Shown: piece by piece, positions 46,838-56,504 of the stretch
Numbering within the stretch: position 1 is the first letter of the stretch
How the letters are laid out: every line of letters begins with the position of its first letter
Source of the DNA: a virus
Lineage: Duplodnaviria; Heunggongvirae; Uroviricota; Caudoviricetes
DNA: 64,000 nucleotides
Reading direction: 5' to 3' (one strand)
Virus record (IMG/VR): IMGVR_UViG_3300023202_000102
Span: 66,700-130,699 of that record
Translations under genes and position numbers: made by a program
The notes under the pieces: model-generated
The model's database searches: none
Told to the model about the DNA's origin: nothing
What the model saw: only the letters and a program-made list of their open reading frames with translations

Positions 46838-47371
46838 ATGAGCTTAAGGCAGTTGAAAAGAAAAGATCTCAAAGCACTCAAGGAGAGGTGGCACCAAGAG
46901 CAGAATAATATCTGTCCACTTTTTGGTAATGAATATCCTTTAGAAGAGATGGTTGTTGACCATTTTCACAAACTAAAATCAGAGTTACCCGATGAATCGG
47001 GAAAGGGTTTGTGTCGTGGCGTCCTGCACTTTCAAGCAAACTCAATTGAAGGAAAAATCACTAATGCGTATAAGAGATATGGTGGAGACAAGCATAAAGA
47101 CCTACCAACCTTCCTAAGAAACTTAGCAGATTATCTTGAATCAAATAAGATTCATACAGATGAGAAATGGATACATCCATCAGAAGAACCGAAAGCACCC
47201 AAGTTAATGAAGTCGTCATACAATAAGTTGGTTAAGGCTGTAAATGGAAAGCAGAAGGTTCCGAAGTACACTGGTAAGTTCACAAAGGTTATTGAGAAGC
47301 TGTTTGAGAAGTATGAGGTACAGCCAGCATTTGCTAAGTCTAAGCAAGTCGAGACCGCCAATAATGAATAG
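46838..47371 (+). CDS. T4 endonuclease VII-like Holliday junction resolvase
   Basis: QNNICPL...VVDHFH...GLCRGVL...NSIEGKI. Confidence 0.8.
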   Translation: MSLRQLKRKDLKALKERWHQEQNNICPLFGNEYPLEEMVVDHFHKLKSELPDESGKGLCRGVLHFQANSIEGKITNAYKRYGGDKHKDLPTFLRNLADYLESNKIHTDEKWIHPSEEPKAPKLMKSSYNKLVKAVNGKQKVPKYTGKFTKVIEKLFEKYEVQPAFAKSKQVETANNE

Positions 47372-47382
47372 TTGAGGAATAG

Positions 47383-48420
47383 ATGAACACTTTAGAGGCA
47401 TGCGATATACTAGGAGTCGCAGCAGGGGCTTCGAAAGATGAAGTCAAATCAGCCTTCAAAAGGATGGCTGTTAAGTACCACCCAGATAGAAACAAATCTG
47501 AAGGTGCGGAAGAGAAGTTCAAAGAGATCAATGAGGCATTCCAGCTAATTGATAAGTATGGAACATCTGGAAGTCACAGCTCCAGTACAAATCAGTATAG
47601 CTCTTATGCTGCAGCAGATCATCTTGCGGAAGAACTCAGACGAAAGATGGAAGAAACTTTTGGGTTTGGGAAGTCTACAAACCCATTTGTTAACCTAAAG
47701 CCAGAGCCAGTAATCGAGACTGTTCAGATATCTTTCAAAGAGTCTGTGCTTGGCTTGGAAAAAGAAGTACCAATTAAAAGAAGAGAAAGATGTGGTACAT
47801 GTAAGGGCACAAAGAAAGTCTACATCAACAAGAAGATGTGTCCGAAGTGTGGTGGTAACAAGTACAGATCTTATGGTGGAAATAAAAGTGGCAAGAAACT
47901 TCCATGTGTAACCTGTGATGCTACTGGATATGTTGGAGATACTAAGCCATGCGCTACCTGTATGGGGTTGGGAACAAAAACAAATGAACATATATTGAAA
48001 GTAAAGATTCCTGCAAGATCAAAACACTCAGAAAGAATAGTAGTTAATAATGCAGGTCACTGGCAGGTTGGAGAAGTGTTTGGAAATGTAGTTATTGTTG
48101 TTGGTGTTTCAGAAGATATGGACATGCACCTTGACGGGAGTGACGTTATATCAGTAATAGAACTATCTTTGCTAGAAGCATTGCAAGGTGCGAAGAAAAG
48201 ACTGCGTACAATCAATGGCGAGAGAACATTGGCATTTAAGCCAATGACCAAGAACAGAGATACGATAAGAGTTAAAGGTTTCGGAGTGCCCCCAGATGGA
48301 GCACACGTCTTTGTAATAAATGTAAATTACCCGGAAGATGCGGACGGATTGATTGAATATCTTTCTGGTAACGATGGGTATCAAGAGTCAGTCGAAAACG
48401 ATTCGGAACCAAATGATTAG
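47383..48420 (+). CDS. dnaJ: DnaJ co-chaperone
   Basis: J domain with YHPD and EEKFKEINEAF, four CxxCxGxx repeats, C-terminal beta domains. Confidence 0.93.
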   Translation: MNTLEACDILGVAAGASKDEVKSAFKRMAVKYHPDRNKSEGAEEKFKEINEAFQLIDKYGTSGSHSSSTNQYSSYAAADHLAEELRRKMEETFGFGKSTNPFVNLKPEPVIETVQISFKESVLGLEKEVPIKRRERCGTCKGTKKVYINKKMCPKCGGNKYRSYGGNKSGKKLPCVTCDATGYVGDTKPCATCMGLGTKTNEHILKVKIPARSKHSERIVVNNAGHWQVGEVFGNVVIVVGVSEDMDMHLDGSDVISVIELSLLEALQGAKKRLRTINGERTLAFKPMTKNRDTIRVKGFGVPPDGAHVFVINVNYPEDADGLIEYLSGNDGYQESVENDSEPND

Positions 48421-48428
48421 GAGAGAAA

Positions 48429-48785
48429 GTGGAATACAGAACATTTTGTGACAACAAAGGATGCCATAAGGAAATGAGGCCCGTTGTCGAGAAAGAGACG
48501 CTAGAGGCATACTGTACTGAGTGCGGAAAACCTGTGAACAATATTTCAATTTTCATGAGAAGACAGATGGTTTCACACGGTCAGGTTCGTAAAAACGACA
48601 AGAAGAAATTAGCCTGGGCCGTGAAATGTTCAGGATGCGGTAAGGAAGGACCTCCAAAACTGAGTAAAGATGGAAAAACCTTGAACTGCTCTTTCTGCGA
48701 AGAAGAGCTAAGTAATTTGGCAAAGCCTTTTGCCCAGATGATCAAGGTTAATCTTCAAGCTCAACGGAGAGCTGATGGAGAATGA
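48429..48785 (+). CDS. multi-Zn-ribbon protein
   Basis: CDNKGC, CTEC, CSGC, CSFC. Confidence 0.65.
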   Translation: MEYRTFCDNKGCHKEMRPVVEKETLEAYCTECGKPVNNISIFMRRQMVSHGQVRKNDKKKLAWAVKCSGCGKEGPPKLSKDGKTLNCSFCEEELSNLAKPFAQMIKVNLQAQRRADGE

Positions 48786-49585
48786 ACGAAGCATTCAAAG
48801 AATATAAACTACGTCAGAAGGCCCTTAAGAGGGTTGTCAGAGCCAGCCAGCGTTTGCTTACAGCTACTTTTGCTAAAGATGCTAGAGACTATCTTGAGTC
48901 CAGGATATGTTTAGAAGATCAGATTGCGTGGCAGTTTGGTTACTTCCCTACCGATGATCGGATAGGGGAGTTAACCTCCATGGTTCCTAAAAAGGACTTA
49001 GAGGTCTTGAATTTGTATTACCCAAAGTTCTTGGCTGGAGGCACAATGCCTCATGGACACTTCTCAGATCACAATCTTATCATGCCATTTCACAATGTTG
49101 ATGGTGATATTGTAGCAATGCTGGGGCGATGCTTGCTTACCGAAGAGGTGCGGCAGGAGCAGCTTTTGCACAAGTACAAGTACTCTCACGGATGCCAAAA
49201 AGATCTATATGTGTATGGTCTTCACAAGGCAAAGGACTCAATTATCAAGAAAAACTGTGTGATTGGAGTAGAGGGTCAGTTCGATTGTATTGCCTTGCAC
49301 TCTAGGGGCATCACAAATGCGGTAGCTTTTGGCTGGGCCAATATGTCCAGGTATCAATTCTTTCAGTTACACAGGTATACGAACAACATTGTTTTGATGT
49401 TGGACAATGATGAGGCTGGTCAGAAAGCTAAGAAACGAGTCAAAGATAGATTTAAAGAGTACTCAAACATTAAGTTAATGTCTTCCCCAAAGGGATTTAA
49501 AGACATAGATGAATTTTTCCAAGGTTGTAGCGATCAAAGTTATGTACAGTCTGTTATAGACATGATCACCAACCTTGGAGAATAA
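48782..49585 (+). CDS. DnaG-type primase catalytic core (Toprim) lacking the Zn-binding domain
   Basis: ARDYLESR, LIMPFHN...GR, KYKYS, GVEGQFDCI, MLDNDEAGQKA, KDIDE. Confidence 0.88.
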   Translation: MNEAFKEYKLRQKALKRVVRASQRLLTATFAKDARDYLESRICLEDQIAWQFGYFPTDDRIGELTSMVPKKDLEVLNLYYPKFLAGGTMPHGHFSDHNLIMPFHNVDGDIVAMLGRCLLTEEVRQEQLLHKYKYSHGCQKDLYVYGLHKAKDSIIKKNCVIGVEGQFDCIALHSRGITNAVAFGWANMSRYQFFQLHRYTNNIVLMLDNDEAGQKAKKRVKDRFKEYSNIKLMSSPKGFKDIDEFFQGCSDQSYVQSVIDMITNLGE

Positions 49586-50025
49586 TGGGTAAAAAATCTA
49601 ATCGATCAAATGGATACCAGTTCTTGTTCGCTGAGCAGCCGTACTCTAATGAGATGATGGCTGAGTTCTCAGAAGCTCAGGGACTTACCGAAAATTATGA
49701 CCCAGAGGACCGGGAGAGACTCTTGGACCTCCGGGAGGAGTTGCATTTGGAGTTTTGGCGCTTAGCAAAGGACAGCCTAACTTCCCGGCAGCTTGAAGTA
49801 ATTCAGCTCTTAGCTCAAGGCTACACCCAGATAGAAATAGCAAAACAGCTGAATGTTAATCAATCCTCCATCACAAAGTCTGTAAATGGCAATTGTGACT
49901 ACCGTAATGGAAAAAAGATTTATGGCGGCGCGAAGAAGAAATTACGCCGTCTAGCAGATAAGGACCCAGATATTCAGGCAATATTCGCGCAGATAGCTGA
50001 GATTCACTCTCAATATGATAGCTGA
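49585..50025 (+). CDS. sigma70 region-4/LuxR-type HTH protein
   Basis: LTSRQLEVIQLLAQGYTQIEIAKQLNVNQSSITK. Confidence 0.8.
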   Translation: MGKKSNRSNGYQFLFAEQPYSNEMMAEFSEAQGLTENYDPEDRERLLDLREELHLEFWRLAKDSLTSRQLEVIQLLAQGYTQIEIAKQLNVNQSSITKSVNGNCDYRNGKKIYGGAKKKLRRLADKDPDIQAIFAQIAEIHSQYDS

Positions 50026-50049
50026 TTCGGCACTGCGAGGAACCCTTAT

Positions 50050-50078
50050 AAAGCCCACGCTCAGCCGTGGGCTTTTGT
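50050..50078 (+). terminator. intrinsic terminator
   Basis: AAAGCCCACG-CTCAGC-CGTGGGCTTT followed by T. Confidence 0.85.
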
Positions 50079-50150
50079 AATTTTGCTTCTATCACTACTT
50101 TTGCATGGTTTTAGCGCAGACCATTGCCACACTATTTCACTGGAGAATCA

Positions 50151-50957
50151 ATGAAGGATAAGTTTACTGTAGACTTTGATAGCTTGGCCTCAACCCTTCT
50201 TCCAAAGAAGGCTCACAGGCTTGCGGACGTAGAAGGCCGAATCGAAAAAGTTGCTTACGATTTGGTACGTTACCGCGACAATGACGACACCGATCAGCTC
50301 TGGAAGATCGAAGAAGGAGCAGATGGCCCTGTCATCGTAGCTCTCTACGGAGACGATGGAGGTCTTGTTGTTGAGTCTGAGAAGGAAGAGAAGACAGACT
50401 GGGATGCTGTTCCGGATAAAACCGCAATGCACATCTACTACAAGAACGAACCTATCGTAACTCTTTCATCTAAGGATTTGGGTATCTCTTCTTTGGAGTT
50501 CAGCCTTGCACGCAAGTGGCTCCCAAAGAAGCTGGCAGCAGATGAGCGGCTCCAGGCTAATCTGCTTACCAAGGTGGCTAGCGCTAGCCGAGCACTCATT
50601 CCTGATCGATTCCCAGAGTTACGTAAGGTTGTAAAGATTGCTGACGAAATGTACAGCACTGACCGAGAGATGTTCATGAAAGATCCCCAGTTTGGATATG
50701 AGCAAGAGCAGCTTGAATGGGAAGATGAAACCGGAGGCGTGGGCATGCTTGGCGAGGGTGATGTCGAACCATCAGAAATGACAGACGAGAAGACCGATGA
50801 AGTAACAGTTGATGACTTTATGGGTCTTGTAGATCAGCTTTACGGCATGTCTGAGGAGAAGCAGAAGGAGTTCAAGCCTTCCCTTGTAAAGCTTTATAAA
50901 GCGCTACCTCATGATATGAAAGAAGAAATCACAGAAAGAATGGGGCCACAGGCATAA
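50151..50957 (+). CDS. hypothetical (probable virion/late) protein
   Basis: GGAG SD before ATG 50151; first gene after the terminator. Confidence 0.7.
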   Translation: MKDKFTVDFDSLASTLLPKKAHRLADVEGRIEKVAYDLVRYRDNDDTDQLWKIEEGADGPVIVALYGDDGGLVVESEKEEKTDWDAVPDKTAMHIYYKNEPIVTLSSKDLGISSLEFSLARKWLPKKLAADERLQANLLTKVASASRALIPDRFPELRKVVKIADEMYSTDREMFMKDPQFGYEQEQLEWEDETGGVGMLGEGDVEPSEMTDEKTDEVTVDDFMGLVDQLYGMSEEKQKEFKPSLVKLYKALPHDMKEEITERMGPQA

Positions 50958-50968
50958 CGAGGATAACT

Positions 50969-52492
50969 ATGAATCTCCAGGAAATTAGTTTACTGATAAC
51001 AAAGGCAGCTTCCGCTATTGATGCGAATGAGAAGCTCCCACTACCTATCCTTGCAGCAAAGGCCCGCAGGGAAGCACAGGCACGACCAACTGATACTCAG
51101 CTTGTCAATGCCTCACAGGTTCTAACGAAGATGGCCTCAGATAAAACCTTCATTGGTAAGGAAGAGCTTCGTGAGATTGTGAATCGTTTCACAGCATCTC
51201 ACTCTAAGCTTGCTTCTGTATTTGCTGAAGAGCTGGGAAGCCCACAGGCTAAAGTTTCAACCTTCCAACGAGAGGGTGAAGGAGCTACTCTTGAGCAGGA
51301 TTATCAGAGGTTTGCAGACCCAACGCTTTCTAATGCATTGTCTGCAGCTCTTTCTGAGAATCCAACCGAGAAGCTTTATACAGACGCTGCGGCCAAGAGA
51401 GCACATCGTGCAGCTCATGCACAGCTTCTGGCAATCGGTTTTGAGCCAGACAAGATGAGCACCTTCGCAGGACGAGGAGAGTTCATTATCTGTCAGGCAA
51501 CTCACGAGACTCCAAAGGGTCAGGCACATGTACTTGTTCCCGTTGAGATGAGGGATGATAGAGCAATTCTTCCAACCTTATTTCTTTCCCGAGCTGGTTT
51601 CCAGGACATCGAGGCAAAGCCATACGCAGAGCAGATTGTAAGCTCAGCTGGTAAGGCTTTCCGAGTAGATGGCGCTAAGCTTCTTGACGTTCTTGAAAGA
51701 GCAAAGAGAGGCTCTGATGGACCAGTTGATGCGGTTGAGATGGCAGCAATCAAGATTGCATCTGAGGCAGGAGAAGGAGTTCTTCATGATCCAAATAGTG
51801 TTCTTTACAAGGAGCTTGAGGATGTGAAGGAGGATGTTGCTCTTCCACATTACGAAGCTACTGAGGAAGCTAAGTTCGCAGAGACATTGGGCAAGCCAGA
51901 TGGTGTTGCTCGTTTCGTTCACGGTGACCGAGTGGTTGAAGCTGGTCGTTCCATGCTGGTTCGTAAGTTTGCAGAGATGGGATATGGCAATGTTCAGGTC
52001 CGTGTCTCTGATGTTGAAGAGGATAAGATTTTCTATGCCGTTGCTGTAGCAACCACAGCTGGTCTTAAGGTTCCAGTAGAGGTGAACGGCAATATGATTA
52101 TTCCACCTAAGGTTGTTTTTGCTAATGACTTCGTTACTTCTTTTTCTAAGGAAGCAATTGATGAAGTGATTGCGAATGGCGACGGTGGAAACAAGAGGGC
52201 TCTTGCAGCAGCATCTGCTTGCTACGACATGAAGCCAACCGAGCTTCTTGAAGTTGTTAAGGAGTCTGTTGCTGAGGGCAACTACCTACGAGCAGAGGAA
52301 GCTATCAATGTTCTCGGCGAGGTAGATCAGCACGCACAAAAAGTCGCAATTGCGCACATGATGATGAACATCTATGAGCCTGGACAGAAGCCTGAAGGTG
52401 AGATGCAGGAAATGCAGCGTATCGCTAACCAGGAGGTTAAGGATACTCCACAGTTCATGACATCTAAGATCTTCTTTCCAGAAGGAGCATAA
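50969..52492 (+). CDS. hypothetical (probable virion) protein with an internal repeat
   Basis: 507 aa; VLVPVEMRDDRAILP and LKVPVEVNGNMIIPP are repeated units. Confidence 0.75.
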   Translation: MNLQEISLLITKAASAIDANEKLPLPILAAKARREAQARPTDTQLVNASQVLTKMASDKTFIGKEELREIVNRFTASHSKLASVFAEELGSPQAKVSTFQREGEGATLEQDYQRFADPTLSNALSAALSENPTEKLYTDAAAKRAHRAAHAQLLAIGFEPDKMSTFAGRGEFIICQATHETPKGQAHVLVPVEMRDDRAILPTLFLSRAGFQDIEAKPYAEQIVSSAGKAFRVDGAKLLDVLERAKRGSDGPVDAVEMAAIKIASEAGEGVLHDPNSVLYKELEDVKEDVALPHYEATEEAKFAETLGKPDGVARFVHGDRVVEAGRSMLVRKFAEMGYGNVQVRVSDVEEDKIFYAVAVATTAGLKVPVEVNGNMIIPPKVVFANDFVTSFSKEAIDEVIANGDGGNKRALAAASACYDMKPTELLEVVKESVAEGNYLRAEEAINVLGEVDQHAQKVAIAHMMMNIYEPGQKPEGEMQEMQRIANQEVKDTPQFMTSKIFFPEGA

Positions 52493-55400
52493 TGGCTATT
52501 TCAATGGACCTAAGAGTTCTAGCTAAGAAGCTAGAGAAGAGCAGCGATTCGGTGCTCGCAAAAGCAGCAGAGAAAGGGCAGGATAAACTTGACAGAGTGG
52601 CAGCGGCAGTAGCTGCGGCATCTACTCTTCTTGAAGGTGTGGCTGATGATATGGATGAGAATCCAGAACTCGAAATCACTGAGCGCCAGCTTGATGAGAT
52701 GGCTGCGCTTGCAAGTGCTTTTGATGAGTCTGGAGATCCTCTTCTAAAAAAGCAGGCATCTGTTCTTGATGAAATTCTTCTGTCCATTGCTTCACCAAAG
52801 AATGCGGTTGCCGCAGCTAACAAGGTGAAGGAAGATGAGCTGAAGAGGGTTCGTGAGGAGCGTCGTAGAGCACGCCGTGAGGAAGCTTACGAAGAGCCTG
52901 TAAAAGCACATGCTGAGATGAGCAATCAAAAGGCTCAGGCTAAAGCTGTTGAGCAACAGGTTAAGCGATACATCCCAATGGAAGGACCGCTTCAGACCAG
53001 GTACCCACCAGACCGTCCGGGAGGACACATGACTCGTATTACCGATCATGTATACCAGGATGTATTGACAGGTATTGTTTATGATTTCAAGGCTGGGTAC
53101 AAGACTCAGCGAGGTAACGAGATTCCTGGAGGCTCGGTAGAGAACCAGACTCGTATGCTTGGTGATTACCGTAACCAGGGAGCATCTTTGTTTGAGACTC
53201 GTGAGTCTCTAGTGAATCGTTATGCATCTGGTGGAGAGCTTCATCACCTAAAGAAGTATGCGATGCACAATGAGATTGCTAATGTGCTGATTACTGCGAG
53301 AGATCATGCACCATCATTCTTGGACTACGCCATTGATAAGGCGAATGAGGATGGTCTTTCTACCCAGGAGGTAGCGGATATTCTTTCTACTGCCGACCTT
53401 GCTGATGCAGATACTTTGCTTGCGCCCGTGGCCCCTCCAGCACAGGAGAATCTAGGCGATGAGTTTGATAAGTTCATGACCTTTGAAAATCTTGAGAAGG
53501 TGCTTATGGCTCTCAAAGAGGCTGGCCAGCTTGATCCTATGATGATCAAGGATAAGATTGATGAGGCAAAGGATGTACTAACAAATGAGCAGTACGAATC
53601 TTTGGTAAGTCGCTTTGTTCCAGAGTTTGAAGAGGTTTCTCTTCAACGTCCTGATGAAGGATCCTTTAACCTCACGGACTTTATCTTTGAGGGAGAAGAT
53701 TTTGATGAGGACATGCCGGCTGCAGTTAACTCTGCAGTGGCTGCAACTCAAGAGCTTGCACCACATCTTCTTAAGGAGGTTGTTGCTCTGGCTCGTAAGA
53801 CGTTGAGTGACCAGGCTGTTAAGCAAGTGCTAGCATCTGACTTCAGCACTAAGTTTAGTAAGGCTTCTTTCGGAGAAAAGGCTGAGCTAGACGCTGCAAA
53901 GATTCTTCTTCCAAGATACAAGAAGCTTGGATGGGATTCTGTAATCGCCAAGCACCTTAAGGTGATGGCTTCTTTAGGGGTTAACAAAGAGGCGGTTAGT
54001 AAGATAGGTGACTATTTTTTAGGCGAACTGGGGCCGAATAAGTCTAGGCTCCAGTGTATCCTGAGTCTTGCTGGAGGTGAAGAATTCGCCTGGAATCTTT
54101 ACGACGAGGAAAGTCAGGAGCAGCATGAGCCTGAATTAGATCCTATTGTAGAGGGCGGTGGTGAATTTCCAGAAGAGGAACAAGTACCAGCCCAGCCAGA
54201 GACCGCACCAGAGCAGGTCCCCGAAGGAGAGCCTGGGTATGGTACAGAAGAGCCAAAGCTAAATGATCTTTTTGAAGATGGTGAGGGTGTTAAGCCGGAT
54301 AAGGTTCCTTCATCTAATCTCAAAACACCCCGTGACGATGTTCATGCTTGGGCAAGTGCTTACAATGAGATTGTTCAAGAGAGTAAGGATCAGGAATTTG
54401 AGAATCAGCAAAGCAAGAGTACTTGGTTTACTGACAGAATGCATGATAAAGGTTTTGTTTCTCCTCTAGAAAGAGAAGGTGATAAGACCTGGATGGATAT
54501 TGCTAAGCAGTTGGCAAAGGAAACTCCCAACACAAGCTATGAGAGCGAAGGCTTTAACTGGGAGGACTATCAGTCAAAGCATAATCTTGGTATTACTAGC
54601 GCTCGTCTTCAGAAAATAGAGCAGCAGATTCAGGATACATTTGCAGAAGTAAGAGCTGATGCAAACAAAGCATTCAATGAAATGACGTTCATTGGTAAGG
54701 AAATTCCAATGAGTGTTCGTCAGCTTCCAAAACCTATTCGCGAAGCCGTGTATGATATGATGGCGTCACGAGAATATTCTATTGGTGTGATAGAAAATCT
54801 TCAAAAGATCATCTCAGATTACAATGCTAAGAACAATGCAGAAGTTCCAGTACCTAACCAAAAGGATTTGAAGCAGGCAAGAGAGGCTCTTGGTAACAAC
54901 AAAAAGATGGAAGCCAAGGAGCTTCTTAAGAAGAGAGTGAGTGACCTTAGAAGGTGGAGCGTTAACCAGGTTCTAAAGAAGAACGGCCTTCCAGAAATGT
55001 GGGATGATGTTAGAATCATGCCTAATAGTGACTTCAAAGAAGAGCTAGAAGAGCTGAGCACTGGAAAGTCCAGGTCTGACTTTAAGATGTATCGATCATG
55101 GGACAACACACTTGCCGATGGAAGTGTTGTTGCAGCTCCTTGGCAGACCGGCGCAGGTTACGTTGAAGCTCTAACAGAGGCTTGGCAGCAATTCCCAAAG
55201 AAGGATGAAGATGGCAATACGCTTGATGCTGCGGCTTTAGAGGAACGAGTCCGTAATATCGGTAAGTTCATGGAGTCCAAGGGTTTACTTGATCCTTCCA
55301 CTAAGGTCTTTGGTAACAGAGGCATGCATCAAATGCTGATGGATGCAGCTCCACCAAGGCTTGATAAGTTTGGAAGACCAAAGAGAAACCCAGTGACCAA

Positions 55401-56496
55401 AGAGGTTATGCCAGACCTTAATGCTTTGATGGAGATGGGTGATGATATGGTTGCCGACTATGGTGATATGAAAACACTCTTCACACATCCCGAGGAATAC
55501 ACCAAAGCATTGGCCGAGGGTGAGAAAGCACTTAAGAATAAGGGTGAAAAGCAGCTCCCACCCCCTGTTGAGTTTGATAAGATTGTTGGGTCTATGCATG
55601 AGGCTAAGAGTATTCCTGATAATATCAAGCGTGATATTAGGGATAATCTAGACATGGGTAAGAAAGGTCTTGTGGCTATGCTTGAGTCTAAGTATGGTGA
55701 TGAGTCTGCTGAGGGAGAGCTTGAATCATATGTAAATTCTTACTACAGATTCACCAGAGGTAGTGGCAATAAGATTCGTAATACATTCAAGGGTATCATT
55801 GGGTCTGGACTTAGAGACATTCAATCACAGAACCTTTCCGGTGATGAACTTAAGAAAGCATTGCGCAACCTTTTATCTAAGGCGAAGAAAGAAATCTATG
55901 AGAAGTATTTCTTCCAGAAAGATAGAGATGGCAATCTTGTAGAGGTTCCTGACGAGCAGAAGCCAACCATTCCAAAGGGTGCGTTTGAGGAGATGTTCAA
56001 GGTTATCATTACCAATCAAGCCAGAACTAATCAGTTCAAGAATCAGTGGAGAAAGTTCATGGCTGCAAAAGGCATGGTCTCTCCTTATGATAGGGCCATT
56101 GGTAACTCTAGCTTTAAGCAGCTTGTGTCTAGAAAGAAGGGTCAGTTTGATACTGATTCCAAGGCTGGTCAGGTTGATGGAACTATATCTCCAGATGCTA
56201 AGTTCAAGATGGAGACGGATACAGGGCCTAAGGCAAGTGGAACAACCCCTCTTCAGGATCTTTCCGGATGGAAGGCTGCGCAAGCTAAGGCATTAGCGGG
56301 TATCGATAAGGCTCTTAAAGAAGAAGCAAAATCAGAGATTGCTAAGAGGAAAAATTGGAAGGGAGAAAAGGCTGGCGAGTTCATGAAGAACGTCAACAAA
56401 GCTATGCAAGCAGAGGGGTTTGCTGGAGCATATGAGTATGGCAAAGAGCCTGGTGGAAGGTCAAGGCCTTGGTTCCAGATTGCTAAGAGTATGTAA
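52492..56496 (+). CDS. large hypothetical protein (1334 aa, acidic, helical; probable virion-internal)
   Basis: Uninterrupted 4-kb ORF with AAGGAG SD; no enzyme motif recognised. Confidence 0.8.
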   Translation: MAISMDLRVLAKKLEKSSDSVLAKAAEKGQDKLDRVAAAVAAASTLLEGVADDMDENPELEITERQLDEMAALASAFDESGDPLLKKQASVLDEILLSIASPKNAVAAANKVKEDELKRVREERRRARREEAYEEPVKAHAEMSNQKAQAKAVEQQVKRYIPMEGPLQTRYPPDRPGGHMTRITDHVYQDVLTGIVYDFKAGYKTQRGNEIPGGSVENQTRMLGDYRNQGASLFETRESLVNRYASGGELHHLKKYAMHNEIANVLITARDHAPSFLDYAIDKANEDGLSTQEVADILSTADLADADTLLAPVAPPAQENLGDEFDKFMTFENLEKVLMALKEAGQLDPMMIKDKIDEAKDVLTNEQYESLVSRFVPEFEEVSLQRPDEGSFNLTDFIFEGEDFDEDMPAAVNSAVAATQELAPHLLKEVVALARKTLSDQAVKQVLASDFSTKFSKASFGEKAELDAAKILLPRYKKLGWDSVIAKHLKVMASLGVNKEAVSKIGDYFLGELGPNKSRLQCILSLAGGEEFAWNLYDEESQEQHEPELDPIVEGGGEFPEEEQVPAQPETAPEQVPEGEPGYGTEEPKLNDLFEDGEGVKPDKVPSSNLKTPRDDVHAWASAYNEIVQESKDQEFENQQSKSTWFTDRMHDKGFVSPLEREGDKTWMDIAKQLAKETPNTSYESEGFNWEDYQSKHNLGITSARLQKIEQQIQDTFAEVRADANKAFNEMTFIGKEIPMSVRQLPKPIREAVYDMMASREYSIGVIENLQKIISDYNAKNNAEVPVPNQKDLKQAREALGNNKKMEAKELLKKRVSDLRRWSVNQVLKKNGLPEMWDDVRIMPNSDFKEELEELSTGKSRSDFKMYRSWDNTLADGSVVAAPWQTGAGYVEALTEAWQQFPKKDEDGNTLDAAALEERVRNIGKFMESKGLLDPSTKVFGNRGMHQMLMDAAPPRLDKFGRPKRNPVTKEVMPDLNALMEMGDDMVADYGDMKTLFTHPEEYTKALAEGEKALKNKGEKQLPPPVEFDKIVGSMHEAKSIPDNIKRDIRDNLDMGKKGLVAMLESKYGDESAEGELESYVNSYYRFTRGSGNKIRNTFKGIIGSGLRDIQSQNLSGDELKKALRNLLSKAKKEIYEKYFFQKDRDGNLVEVPDEQKPTIPKGAFEEMFKVIITNQARTNQFKNQWRKFMAAKGMVSPYDRAIGNSSFKQLVSRKKGQFDTDSKAGQVDGTISPDAKFKMETDTGPKASGTTPLQDLSGWKAAQAKALAGIDKALKEEAKSEIAKRKNWKGEKAGEFMKNVNKAMQAEGFAGAYEYGKEPGGRSRPWFQIAKSM

Positions 56497-56504
56497 GAGA
56501 TGAA

